Assembly: GCA_964016885.1 (NCBI GenBank)
Contig: OZ024743.1
Location: 304,172,001-304,236,000, forward strand
DNA length: 64,000 nt
From: Eledone cirrhosa
Lineage: Eukaryota
Direction: 5' to 3'
In this document: positions 1 to 12,209 of the stretch, piece by piece
How positions within the stretch are numbered: the first letter of the stretch is position 1
Layout of the letters: each line of letters opens with the position of its first letter
Translations under genes and position numbers: made by a program
Notes under the pieces: model-generated
Seen by the model: only the letters and a program-made list of their open reading frames with translations
Databases searched by the model: none
Told to the model about the DNA's origin: nothing

Positions 1-848
1 TATCTTGTTCGAGGCTAAATCTTATATAGTTGGCCGCCGTCCATGCTATTTATGCCCGGAAGAAGCCATCAAGATTCGGTTCCGCAAAGAACATCTACTA
101 AATAAATAGAGCGAATTTGTGACTTCATGCAAGAACCGTACTTACAAAACATACCTCATCATCAGTCCTTCACACTATACATATATATATATATATATAT
201 ATATGGGGTAACAAATTATAGATATAGGTAATTCAACCCCATTAAGACAAGACAATCAGCAAAATTTTGACACACATTTGTCAAACCTCCCTTCACCATC
301 CACCCTTAGCCCTTGGGTCTCACACTAGTATCTCCCAATTAATCTCTAATTTATTGCTTTTTCTTTTATCTGTCACTACCTCAGACTTTCCACACGTATC
401 TATGTATGTTTCGAATATGACTTTTCATGTTAGCAATAAACCCACCACAGAATCCTTATACGGACAGTTACTCACCACCACCATTATCATATTCTGTACT
501 CATACACTCTCACTTATCATTATTTCTTTACATGTCTATTATTTTTCCATTTTCTTACGTTGTTACTCTATCTTTTTCTTATCTTTTACTTTTTACATTT
601 GTAACTTCTTTACCTATTTATCATATATATTTTATTATTGATGTTATTGTTTTGATTATAAGCTATTTCTCTATATATATCTTGGCTTGTATGAATTATT
701 TTTGTATTCTCAGGATTTGATCAGAGATAAATAAGTTAATGGAGATCGAGTGACGCAACTTCGAGCGATTACCTGATCAATGAAACAATTGTTAATACCT
801 GAAATAAAGCACCTTGTTGTACAGTCAGCCTTGTTACTCTTCATTCTT

Positions 849-850
<2 letters not shown>
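1..850 (+). mobile_element. 3' remnant of a Penelope-like element (GIY-YIG C-terminus, 3' UTR, hammerhead)
   Basis: Frame 2 of 2-150 reads ILFEAKSYIVGRRPCYLCPEEAIKIRFRKEHLLNK*SEFVTSCKNR, matching the CxLC..E...LN...C end of other PLE endonucleases in the window; AATAAA at ~803; ends at (TA)n. Confidence 0.75.
704..798 (+). ncRNA. Type I hammerhead, degenerate core, long helix II
   Basis: GTATT-CTCAGGA-T-TTGATCAG...CTGATCAA-T-GAA-ACAATTGT-T-AATAC; helix I GTATT/AATAC, palindromic helix III; core has C in place of G5. Confidence 0.6.
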
Positions 851-880
<30 letters not shown>

Positions 881-886
<6 letters not shown>

Positions 887-1043
887 CAAGGTTCAGCAAA
901 TAAGAAAGAGTTTTAAAATAATTTTTTAAAAATGCACTGTACCAGCTATGGTTGCCTTTACGGTAAAGTTAACCATAGAAGGTACAGTGAATTTTTAAAA
1001 ATTTATTTTAAAACTGTTTCTTATTTGCTAAACCTTAATTATA
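881..1043. repeat. Imperfect ~160-bp palindrome (fold-back) next to (TA)n
   Basis: tataatcaaggttcagcaaataagaaa...cactgtacc pairs with ggtacagtg...tttcttatttgctaaaccttaattata; centre ~962. Confidence 0.8.
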
Positions 1044-1152
1044 TATGTTCTGGCTCGTTAATTTATTAACCTGCCATAGAACCACATTGGCATATGGTTG
1101 GATAATACATGTGTCCCTATATGTATTTTGTTGTGTAGGGATATATACTTTA

Positions 1153-1204
<52 letters not shown>

Positions 1205-1210
<6 letters not shown>

Positions 1211-1478
1211 ACACGGGTGTGTATGATTGTATATAGAGGATTATATTAATAAAAGGAATTCCAACTTTGTCTGATTTCAGCTGTTAAAAATTGCAAACTT
1301 GACTGACACCACAAAATACGAACCTGAAGATTGCGAAAGCATTAAGGTACTTGTTCAATTAACACTTAACATTTAACATTCTACCATACTATTTCATTCT
1401 AATACCATTATAATTTTAAAGGATTGTAAATAAAACGATTAAATCAGACAAAGTTGGAATTCCTTTTATTAATATATA
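1205..1478 (+). mobile_element. PLE terminal (pLTR-like) fragment with inverted 5' piece
   Basis: 1241-1277 is the reverse complement of 1441-1478; homologous to 22365-22610; contains an HHR motif. Confidence 0.6.
1320..1356 (+). ncRNA. Minimal type I hammerhead (degenerate)
   Basis: GAAC-CTGAAGA-TTGC-GAAA-GCAT-TAAG-GTAC-TT-GTTC; with the 22421-22458 copy gives consensus GAAC CTGAAGA ATGC GAAA GCAT GAA AGTACT T GTTC. Confidence 0.55.
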
Positions 1479-1709
1479 TATATATATACGAGGTAACAAA
1501 TAATAGTTAAATGCAGTCACTTAGGTATAGTCCAGTTATGGTATTCCAGGTAGTGGATGATATCAAGGCTTGGCTTCGTTTGACTAAAAAGGCGTGTTCA
1601 TAGTGATGCTCCGGGTATGCTGTAATTCCTATGTTGTAAACACTTGGAGTAATAATAAATCAGGAAAGAAGGTTGACATGGTTTGCTATACAAAAAAGGT
1701 TTTTAATCT

Positions 1710-1822
1710 CATAGCTGACAATTGTTTCTCTGGGCTGGTAGGTCTAGAGATCGCTATTCGCTTATTTTCACGTTACTCGATCGCCAATACAAAATTATAA
1801 CCAGTCAGTTCTTCGGAGCATG
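1710..1822 (-). ncRNA. Type I hammerhead of PLE-A pLTR with ~80-nt helix II
   Basis: Minus strand: CAT-GCT-CCGAAGA-A-CTG.CTGGT...ACCAG..CAG-A-GAA-ACAATTGT-C-AGC.ATG; GUC cleavage triplet; U4C core variant. Confidence 0.75.
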
Positions 1823-2200
1823 CGAAAATGAACAGAATACACAGGCAAGAAAAGAATATACAGGCTACTATATGAAGTAGTAATGGCATTCAGTTAGAAC
1901 AATAACAACAATTACAACAATGCTATTAATAAATTATTTGAGGAGACACTGACATTACTTAGGTGGGGGGTATAGTGTATCTAAGATTTCGGCGTGTAAA
2001 ACTAGCTGTCATGAGGTAAAAGTAAAAGTTTGGCATGTACAGAGTATCGAAGTGTGTATCAATTTTAAATTATAAAGATAAGCCAGTGTTTATAGTCTTT
2101 CTTTTCATCTTCAATAACATACATGAGTGGGACAACACTGTCAAAGCTAAATAGTTGTTGAGTTAATACAGAGGTTAAGGAGGTAATATACGCATATATT

Positions 2201-2256
<56 letters not shown>

Positions 2257-2263
2257 TACACAT

Positions 2264-2305
<42 letters not shown>

Positions 2306-2599
2306 GCATGTGTACATAGACACATACATACACATCAATATACACTCGTACAAAAATATACAAACATGCAAAGACATAAGCGTGCTAATTGTAATTATGG
2401 CAAAAGGAAGGTAAAGTTACATTGTAGTAGTGATTTGAGAAAAACTAGGATTTAGGATCAAATGATGGCAGCAGTTGAGAAGGAATACGTTTGTGGGTTG
2501 ATGAGGTACTTACAGACATTTGTGTGGTATAGACTTGTGAAGGCTAGAGTATACTTAATGAATATATCCTAATTTAAAGCTATGTTGTGTTGGTTCGAT

Positions 2600-4950
2600 T
2601 CACGGAGGTTTGAATCTTATGAATTTAGTGGCAATTCTATGTCTGCAGAAGATAGATCTTTCTAACTTATTGTTAAGTAGCATTTTTACATTTTGGAGGA
2701 TATACAATAGCTCAAGATCACATAGCCCGCAGTGGGACATACCTGTACTATAGGTTTTAGCAGCCGACAACTTCGACCAGTTAATAATGTACTTAGTGCT
2801 GCTGTCCTTCAGTTCCCATATTTTTTTGGCGAGGGTTGTGGAAGCCATAAGTGCACGGTTTTTCATTGAGTTCCTGTGCACCTACCATCTTTTTTTAAAA
2901 GAACCCGCGGTGGATCCTATGTAGTTCCAGGTGGAGTTACCCGAGATGACCGTGCACATGTACACTAGGCTCGAATCGAGACATCTGTTCGCCAATGGGC
3001 ACCTATCTGGTAGGTGACAGTTACAGTTTGAGGCGCTATTTTGTGCAGCTTTTACATTCCTGTTTAGAACTCTGTTATAAGTGGGTTGTGATATATGTCC
3101 AATGGGGTTTTGCTGCTGCGCGTTTGTATGCGCTTGTGGTTGTGATGTTGTGATGTGTTTGTGCTTATAATTTGGTGCTACGTTATGTATAGGTGCAGTT
3201 GATTTACTAGAGATATTTCTGTGGTTGATCTTGCGTATGTGTGATTCTATGTTTGCTGCTGTTGAGTATGAGAGTTTTATATTAGATTTATTGAGTATTT
3301 TGTGATATCTATGCGAGATGGGGAAGTGTTTATCTATTAGTTTAAAGAATGTAGACGGCAGTCTAGTTTTTATAGAGGAGTTGAATATTGGGTTGAACCA
3401 TAGGTATTTTCTTTGTCTGTTTCTTCTATTGTTTCTTGGGTTTACGTTATTAGTGTTTTGGCCGTTTACTCCAGGTGTTACGTGTCTAACCCTATGTCTA
3501 GTCAAGTTATTTCTATTATTATGTGAGCGGTTGGAGTAGTAATTACTAGGATTGTTTACGTTGTCTTTATTCACTATATACTGCAGTTTATCTTTATGAC
3601 CGGCTCTACATAATGCTGCATTATAATAGTCAGCATGCTCGTTGAGGATTTCTAGGTTTGAGGATAAGCGGGATATTCAGAGGGATATAATATGTGCTAT
3701 GGATCTAATTATGGATTTGGGGTGGTTTGAGTTGTAACTAATGTTGGCAAGATTTTCATTATTTTTGTGGAAAGGTTCTATTAATCCAGTATTTAGATTT
3801 AGAGTCACATCTAGAAAATTTACCTTCTTATGGTTCAGTTCGTAGGTAATACTTAGGCCTAGTTTTTTTAAGAATATTCTAATATTTTTTCTTAGTCTTT
3901 CCATGCTCTGGTTTTTTAGGTTCCTAGCTATAAGTAACGTGTCATCCCTATAAATTCCTCCTTGGAGGTTACTGAATTCCTTATGTAGGTTGTGTGCTAT
4001 GAATAGCCCCACGATATCTGTGATTTGCGCAGAATCATTTGATTCCATTGTTATAGCGAAACTATTTATTCTATCCTTTCTTACCCAGTAGCTATTTTTA
4101 AAATGTATGATAGTCCTTCTAGCCGCTATTATTATTTCAATTTCATCATGGGTAAGATCAGAGTTATTTTGGGCAAATATAAGCTAGGGTGGGCTGGGGA
4201 TATGGATGCATAGTAGTCGTCTATATCAAATTGTATGAAGTTACACGTCTCCCTATTTTGTATTTTATTGAACCATTTAATTGCCTCGTTAGTGTTGCCC
4301 CATAAATTGATTTCTAGTTTACCCTTTATTTGTGCGATTACCCTATCTAGAATGTTCTTGCTAATTTTACCTATGTCTGACTTGGATGGGCATATTAATC
4401 TAATGGTGGGGTTAGTTTCAAAGTTATTTTTGTGATCCTTCAGGTTAAATGTTGGGTTGCACGGGGTTAGCGGTTCGGTCCTATCTGGAATTCCGAGTTT
4501 ATTAACTATCTTGAGGCCCTCCACGTTAATGCTGATGAGTGTAGATTCATTTGTTTTTTTATATTTTTCACGCTGGATAAAGCTATTGTATGTGTTAATG
4601 TCCATAGAGTATACGTTTGATGTTTTGTCTGCTTTTAGTGTCTTTTAGTTTTTTTAGTAGTGTATTTAAGTCATTTTGCAATTTGTTGTGATTTGTTCCT
4701 TTTATAAATTTAGTTTCAGTTATCATCTTCATAAGGTCCAGCTCGAAGGCATCGAGTGCGGGGTTGTTTGGCGGGTTTTGCAGGATTTAAACCCGTAATT
4801 CTCCTTAGAAAATTCCTTTGCGTTGGTATTCGGTCCCTTATCGAAATGGTAAGCTTTCCATCGGACCCTGCGGATGAAATCATTAGTCCGTCGTATCATG
4901 CCCAGTGTATAGTCCTTTTTTGTAGTTATAGGTATGTTTTTCAGTGACAT
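2600..4950 (-). pseudogene. PLE-A polyprotein (RT + GIY-YIG endonuclease), frameshifted
   Basis: Fragments with FIQFDIDDYYASI, GGIYRDD, VNFLDVTL, WFNPIF, CNC..CPL..CL, VY..NYIGST, CGLC..E..LNNK..CRH. Confidence 0.92.
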
Positions 4951-5242
4951 ACCTATACGGTGCTACTCCATGTTGTTGCCGTGCGTTAATGGTGTTGCTC
5001 AACCAGGTGGGAGCTAAATATACGGGGTAATAATTAATAGTTAAATGCAGTCCACTTAGGTATAGTCCAGTTATGGTATTCCAGGTAGTGGATGATATCA
5101 ACGCTTGGCTTGTTTTGACTCAACAAGGCGTGTTCATAGTGATGCTGCGGGTATACTGTAATTCCTATGTTGTAAACACTTGGAGTAATAATAAATCAGG
5201 AAAGATGGTTGACATGGTTTGCTATACAAAAAAGGTTTTTAA

Positions 5243-5363
5243 TCTCATAGCTGACAATTGTTTCTCTGAACTGGTAGGTCTAGAGATCGCTATTCGCTTA
5301 TTTTCACGTTACTCGATCGCCAATACAAAATTATAACCAGTCAGTTCTTCGGAGCATGCGAGA
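5243..5363 (-). ncRNA. Type I hammerhead of PLE-A upstream pLTR
   Basis: Second copy of 1710-1822; helix I extends TCTC.CAT.GCT/AGC.ATG.AGA. Confidence 0.75.
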
Positions 5364-5420
5364 ATAAAGAGAATGCACAGGCAAGAAAAGAATATACAGG
5401 CTACTATATGAAGTAATAAT

Positions 5421-5611
5421 TGTTTCTACTTTAGGCACTAGGCCAGCAATTACCCAGTACATTACTGGTACTTTATTTTATCGACCCCGTAAGGATGAAA
5501 GGCAAAGTTAACCTCGGCTGGATTTGAACTCAGACTGTAAAGGGACGTAACTATGCTAGAACGCATGGCGTCCAACCCTATACCGATACTGCCAGTTCAC
5601 CACCCTTTACC
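5421..5611 (-). mobile_element. tRNA-derived SINE inserted in PLE-A pLTR
   Basis: Minus-strand box A TGGCAGTATCGG and box B GAGTTCAAATCC; 15-bp TSD ATATGAAGTAATAAT at 5406-5420 and 5612-5626; empty site at ~1869-1885. Confidence 0.9.
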
Positions 5612-5939
5612 ATATGAAGTAATAATGGCATTCAGTTAGAACAATAACAACGATTACAACAATGCTATTAATAAATTATTTGAGGAGACCCTGACATTAC
5701 TTAGGTGGGGGGTATAGTGTATCTAAGATTTCGGCGTGTAAAACTAGCTGTCATGAGGCAAAAGTAAAAGTTTGGCATGTACAGAGTATCGAAGTGTGTA
5801 TCAATTTTAAATTATAAAGATAAGCCAGTGTTTACAGTCTTTCTTTTCATCTTCAATAACATACATGAGTGGGACAACACTGTCAAAGCTAAATAGTTGT
5901 TGAGTTAATACAGAGGTTAAGGAGGTAATATACGCATAT

Positions 5940-5984
<45 letters not shown>

Positions 5985-6548
5985 CACATGCATGTGTACA
6001 TAGACCCATACATACACATCAATATACACTCGTACAAAAATATACATACATGCAAAGAGATAAGCGTGCTAATTGTAATTATGGCAAAAGGAAGGTAAAG
6101 TTACATTGTAGTAGTGATTTGAGAAAAACTAGGATTTAGGATCAAATGATGGCAGCAGCTGAGAAGGAATAAGTTTGTCGGTTGATGAGGTACTTACAGA
6201 CATGTGTGTGGTATAGACTTGTGAAGGCTAGAGTATACTTAATGAATATATCTTAATTTAAAGCTATGTTGTGTTGGTTCGATTCACGGAGGTTTGAATC
6301 TTATGAATTTAGTGGCAATTCTATGTCTGCAGAAGATAGATCTTTCTAACTTATTGTTAAGTAGCCTTTTTACATTTTGGAGGATATACAATAGCTCAAG
6401 ATCACATAGCCCGCAGTGGGACATACCTGTACTATAGGTTTTAGCAGCCGACAACTTCGACCAGTTAATACTGTAGTTAGTGCTACTGTCCTTCAGTTCC
6501 CATATTTTTTTTTGGCGAGGGTTGTGGAACCCATAAGTGCACTGTTTT

Positions 6549-9290
6549 CATGAACATGATAAGTGAAACTAAATTTAAAAAAGGAACAAATCACAACAAA
6601 TTGCAAAATGACTTAAATACACTACTAAAAAAACTAAAAGACACTAACGGTATCATAGTAAAAGCAGACAAAGCATCAAACGTATACTCTATGGACATTA
6701 ACACATACAATAGCTTTATCCAGCGTGAACTACATAAAAAATATAAAAAACAAATGAATCTACACTCACCAGCATTAAGGTGGAGGGCCTCAAGATAGTT
6801 AATAAACTCGGAATTCCAGATAGGACCGAACCGCTAACCCCGTGCAACCCAACATTTAACCTGAAGGATCACAAAAATAACTTTGAAACTAACCCCACCA
6901 TTAAATTAATATGCCCATCCAAGTCAGACATAGGTAAAATTAGCAAGAACATTCTAGATAGGGTAATCGCACAAATAAAGGGTAAACTAGAAATCAATTT
7001 ATGGGGCAACACTAACGAGGCAATTAAATGGTTCAATAAAATACAAAATAGGGAGACGTGTAACTTCATACAATTTGATATAGACGACTACTATGCATCC
7101 ATATCCCCAGCCCACCCTAGATTATATTTGCCCAAAATAACTCTGATCTTACCCATGATGAAATTGAAATAATAATAGCGGCTAGAAGGACTATCATAAA
7201 ATTTTAAAATAGCTACTGGGTAAGAAAGGATAGAATAAATAGCTTCGATATAACAATGGGATCAAATGATTCTGCGCAAATCACAGATATCGTGGGGCTA
7301 TTCATAGCACACAACCTACATAAGGAATTCAGTAACCTCCAAGGAGGAATTTATAGGGACGACACGTTACTTATAGCTAGGAACCTAAACAACCAGAGCA
7401 TGGAAAGACTAAGAAAAAATATTAGAATATTCTTCAAAAAACTAAGCCTAAATATTACTTACGAACTGAACCATAAGAAGGTAAATTTTCTAGATGTGAC
7501 TCTAAATCTAAATACTGGATTAATAGAAGCTTTCAACAAAAATAATGAAAATCTTGCCTACATTAGTTACAACTCAAACCACCCCAAATCCATAATTAGA
7601 TCCATAGCACGTAGTATATCCCTCCGAATATGCCGCTTATCCTCAAACCTAGACATCTTTAACGAGCATGCTGACTATTATAATGCAGCATTACGTAGGG
7701 CCGGTCATAAAGATAAACTGCAGTATATAGTGAATACAGACAACGTAAACAATCCTAGTAATTACTACTCCAACCGCTCACATAATAATAGAAATAACTT
7801 GACTAGACATAGGGTTAGACACATAACACCTGGAGTAAACGGCCAAAACACTAATAACGTAAACCCAAGAAACAATAGAAGACACAGACAAAGAAAATAC
7901 CTATGGTTCAACCCAATATTCAACTCCTCTATAAAAACTAGACTGCCCTCTACATTCTTTAAACTAATAGATAAACACTTCCCTATCTCGCATAGATATC
8001 ACAAAATACTCAATAGATCTACTATAAAACTCTCATACTCAACAGCAGCAAACATAGAATCACACATACTCAAGATCAACCACAGAAATATCTCTAGTAA
8101 ATCAACTGCACCTATACATAACGTAGCACCAAATTATAAGCACAAACACATCACAACATCACAACCACAAGCGCATACAAACGCGCAGCAGCAAAACCCA
8201 ATTGGGCATATATCACAACCCACTTATATACAGAGTACTAAACAGGAATGTAAAAGCTGCACAAAATAGCGCCTCAAACTGTAACTGTCACCTACCAGAT
8301 AGGTGCCCATTGGCGAACAGATGTCTCGATTCGAGCCTAGTGTACATGTGCACGGTCATCTCGGGTAACTCCACCTGGAATTACATAGGATCCACCGCGG
8401 GTTCTTTTAAAAAAAGATGGCATGTGCACAGGCACTCAATGAAAAACCGTGCACTTATGGGTTCCACAACCCTCGCCAAAAAAATATGGGAACTGAAGGA
8501 CAGCAGCACTAACTACAGTATTAACTGGTCGAAGTTGTCGGCTGCTAAAACCTATAGTACAGGTATGTCCCACTGCGGGCTATGTGATCTTGAGCTATTG
8601 TATATCCTCCAAAATGTAAAAAGGCTACTTAACGATAAGTTAGAAAGATCTATCTTCTGCAGACATAGAATTGCCACTAAATTCATAAGATTCAAACCTC
8701 CGTGAATCGAACCAACACAACATAGCTTTAAATTAGGATACCTACTACCCACAGAAATATATTCATTAAGTATACTCAAGCCTTCACAAGTCTATACCAC
8801 ACAAATGTCTGTAAGTACCGCATCAACCCACAAACATATTCCTTCTCAGCTGCTGCCATCATTTGATCCTAAATCCTAGTTTTTCTCAAATCACTACTAC
8901 AATGTAACTTTACCTTCCTTTTGACATAATTACAATTAGCACGCTTATCTCTTTGCATGTATGTATATTTTTGTACTAGTGTATATTGATGTGTATGTAT
9001 GTGTCTATGTACACATGCATGTGTATATATATATATATGTGTGTGTATATATGTGTGTGTGTGTGTGTGTATACATATATGCGTATATTACCTCCTTAAC
9101 CTCTGTATTAACACAACAACTATTTAGCTTTGACAGTGTTGTCCCACTCATGTATGTTATTGAAGATGAAAAGAAAGACTGTAAACACTGGCTTATCTTT
9201 ATAATTTAAAATTGATACACACTTCGATACTCTGTACATGCCAAACTTTTACTTTTGCCTCATGACAGCTAGTTTTACACGCCGAAATCT
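6549..9290 (+). mobile_element. PLE family A, inverted copy truncated at both ends
   Basis: Reverse complement of ~1980-4735; joins the minus-strand copy at ~6549. Confidence 0.9.
6550..8705 (+). pseudogene. PLE-A polyprotein (RT + GIY-YIG), frameshifted
   Basis: ORFs 6550-6798 (IVKADK), 6780-7172, 7256-8269 (MGSNDSAQITD, YRDD), 8202-8705 (NYIGST). Confidence 0.92.
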
Positions 9291-9506
9291 GTGTGTGTGT
9301 GTCTATGCTGTTTGGCACGCGTATAGAAATTGGTTATACAAATTTTAGCATAACATTGTTCGATTAATTGGAGATAAATCTCTCTTGAAACATGTATAAC
9401 TAAAAATGATTTAAAAGGAAATTTTTACCATTCATATACATTATTATATATACTTATATATATACATTTTTCTCTCTCTCTCTCTCTATGACTTAACTGA
9501 GAATAG

Positions 9507-9588
9507 ACTCCCTGATGACGCAATGAATTCTCGACAGTTGGATTACGTAACTGTCTTTATCCCATTGCAGAAACTAATTAGTTGGAGT
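9507..9588 (+). ncRNA. Type I hammerhead ribozyme (array unit)
   Basis: ACTCC-CTGATGA-C-GCAATG..GACAGTT..AACTGTC..CATTGC-A-GAA-ACTAATTAGT-T-GGAGT; intact core, palindromic helix III, predicted cut after GUU (9583); outer stem ACTTAA/TTAAGT. Confidence 0.88.
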
Positions 9589-10088
9589 GAAAATTTAAGT
9601 AAGTAAAAAAAAAAAAAAAAATTTTTTTTTAAAATTTTTTAAAAATTTTTTTTAAAAAATATTTTCTTATTTTACGTCCTTTATATTATTGTTCTGCATT
9701 CTCCTGCATTGAACCACCTAGGTACTATGACATAACCTGTGTATTTGCTGGCATGGGCGTGCATCTGTGCGCTTATGTTAGTTGATATATTAAATTATCT
9801 ATATTTATCTCCAAATCACTGATTTGTCGAGCAAACTTGTCAAAACCACTTCTAAAAAAAAATTTTTTTGGGGTGTTAGTAGGCGTCAGTCATCTTACCA
9901 TCCCATTCCTTCTAACTAGCCTCTGTGTCACGTGATTGATTCTTTAGAATCGGCCATTTGACTTGAAGCAGTGAGAATTTCGGCACATAGAATCCAGTCC
10001 TCGCAAGCAGTTCGATCTACCGAATTATTATTATTTTTATATGAGCCGCCAGTGTCCGCGCATTGCCTGGAGACTTAACTGAGAATAG

Positions 10089-10170
10089 ACTCCCTGATGA
10101 CGCAATGAATTCTCGACAGTTGGATTACGTAACTGTCTTTATCCCATTGCAGAAACTAATTAGTTGGAGT
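10089..10170 (+). ncRNA. Type I hammerhead ribozyme (array unit)
   Basis: Identical to 9507-9588. Confidence 0.88.
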
Positions 10171-10662
10171 GAAAATTTAAGTAAGTAAAAAAAAATTTTT
10201 TAAAAAAATTTTTAAAAAATTTTTTTTAAAAAATATTTTCTTATTTTACGTCCTTTATATTATTGTTCTGCATTCTCCTGCATTGAACCACCTAGGTACT
10301 ATGACATAACCTGTGTATCTGCTGGCATGGGCGTGCATATGTGCGCTTATGTTAGTTGATATATTAAATTATCTATATTTATCTCCAAATCACTGATTTG
10401 TCGAGCAAACTTGTCAAAACCACTTCTAAAAAAAAATTTTTTTGGGGTGTTAGTAGGCGTCAGTCATCTTACCATCCCATTCCTTCTAACTAGCCTCTGT
10501 GTCACGTGATTGATTCTTTAGAATCGGCCATTTGACTTGAAGCAGTGAGAATTTCGGCACATAGAATCCAGTCCTCGCAAGCTGTTCGATCTACCGAATT
10601 ATTATTATTTTTATATGAGCCGCCAGTGTCCGCGCATTGCCTGGAGACTTAACTGAGAATAG

Positions 10663-10744
10663 ACTCCCTGATGACGCAATGAATTCTCGACAGTTGGATT
10701 ACGTAACTGTCTTTATCCCATTGCAGAAACTAATTAGTTGGAGT
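10663..10744 (+). ncRNA. Type I hammerhead ribozyme (array unit)
   Basis: Identical to 9507-9588. Confidence 0.88.
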
Positions 10745-11236
10745 GAAAATTTAAGTAAGTAAAAAAAAATTTTTTTAAAAAATTTTTAAAAAATTTTTTT
10801 TAAAAAATATTTTCTTATTTTACGTCCTTTATATTATTGTTCTGCATTCTCCTGCATTGAACCACCTAGGTACTATGACATAACCTGTGTATCTGCTGGC
10901 ATGGGCGTGCATATGTGCGCTTATGTTAGTTGATATATTAAATTATCTATATTTATCTCCAAATCACTGATTTGTCGAGCAAACTTGTCAAAACCACTTC
11001 TAAAAAAAAATTTTTTTGGGGTGTTAGTAGGCGTCAGTCATCTTACCATCCCATTCCTTCTAACTAGCCTCTGTGTCACGTGATTGATTCTTTAGAATCG
11101 GCCATTTGACTTGAAGCAGTGAGAATTTCGGCACATAGAATCCAGTCCTCGCAAGCTGTTCGATCTACCGAATTATTATTATTTTTATATGAGCCGCCAG
11201 TGTCCGCGCATTGCCTGGAGACTTAACTGAGAATAG

Positions 11237-11318
11237 ACTCCCTGATGACGCAATGAATTCTCGACAGTTGGATTACGTAACTGTCTTTATCCCATTGCAG
11301 AAACTAATTAGTTGGAGT
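11237..11318 (+). ncRNA. Type I hammerhead ribozyme (array unit)
   Basis: Identical to 9507-9588. Confidence 0.88.
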
Positions 11319-11810
11319 GAAAATTTAAGTAAGTAAAATAAAATTTTTTAAAAAAATTTTTTAAAAATTTTTTTTAAAAAATATTTTCTTATTTTACGTC
11401 CTTTATATTATTGTTCTGCATTCTCCTGCATTGAACCACCTAGGTACTATGACATAACCTGTGTATTTGCTGGCATGGGCGTGCATCTGTGCGCTTATGT
11501 TAGTTGATATATTAAATTATCTATATTTATCTCCAAATCACTGATTTGTCGAGCAAACTTGTCAAAACCACTTCTAAAAAAAAATTTTTTTGGGGTGTTA
11601 GTAGGCGTCAGTCATCTTACCATCCCATTCCTTCTAACTAGCCTCTGTGTCACGTGATTGATTCTTTAGAATCGGCCATTTGACTTGAAGCAGTGAGAAT
11701 TTCGGCACATAGAATCCAGTCCTCGCAAGCTGTTCGATCTACCGAATTATTATTATTTTTATATGAGCCGCCAGTGTCCGCGCATTGCCTGGAGACTTAA
11801 CTGAGAATAG

Positions 11811-11892
11811 ACTCCCTGATGACGCAATGAATTCTCGACAGTTGGATTACGTAACTGTCTTTATCCCATTGCAGAAACTAATTAGTTGGAGT
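11811..11892 (+). ncRNA. Type I hammerhead ribozyme (array unit)
   Basis: Identical to 9507-9588. Confidence 0.88.
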
Positions 11893-12209
11893 GAAAATTT
11901 AAGTAAGTAAAAAAAAAAAAAAAATTTTTTTTAAAAATTTTTAAAAATTTTTTTAAAAAAATATTTTCTTATTTTACGTCCTTTATATTATTGTTCTGCA
12001 TTCTCCTGCATTGAACCACCTAGGTACTATGACATAACCTGTGTATTTGCTGGCATGGGCGTGCATCTGTGCGCTTATGTTAGTTGATATATTAAATTAT
12101 CTATATTTATCTCCAAATCACTGATTTGTCGAGCAAACTTGTCAAAACCACTTCTAAAAAAAAATTTTTTGGGGGTGTTAGTAGGCGTCAGTCATCTTAC
12201 CATCCCATT

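Larger units (their letters stand above)
1490..6548 (-). mobile_element. PLE family A, partial tandem (upstream 3'-end copy/pLTR plus full ORF copy)
   Basis: 1490-2870 is directly repeated at ~5025-6548; ORF lies between; classic PLE partial-tandem layout. Confidence 0.9.

Noticed and set aside
1975-2020. Second hammerhead in PLE-A 3' UTR (minus CTCATGA-C-AGC..GCC-GAAATCTTAGAT)
   Set aside because: Core mutated in all copies and no helix I pairing
3318-4947. Short ORFs antisense to PLE coding regions (also near 24752, 40102, 43020, 54183)
   Set aside because: Shadow frames with no independent motifs
9595-9875. Spliced-leader or snRNA gene (AA/GTAAGT donor-like site, AATTTTTTTGG Sm-like site)
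   Set aside because: The motifs are ~260 nt apart, the U-run is part of an A9/T7 hairpin, and the hammerhead explains the unit better; the donor-like site could still be a PLE-type intron but I cannot support it
9980-10070. HDV-like ribozyme or Pol III box B (CAG-TCCTCGC..CTG; GTTCGATCT)
   Set aside because: No P1/P1.1/P2 pairing found; box B imperfect and long T-runs would terminate Pol III
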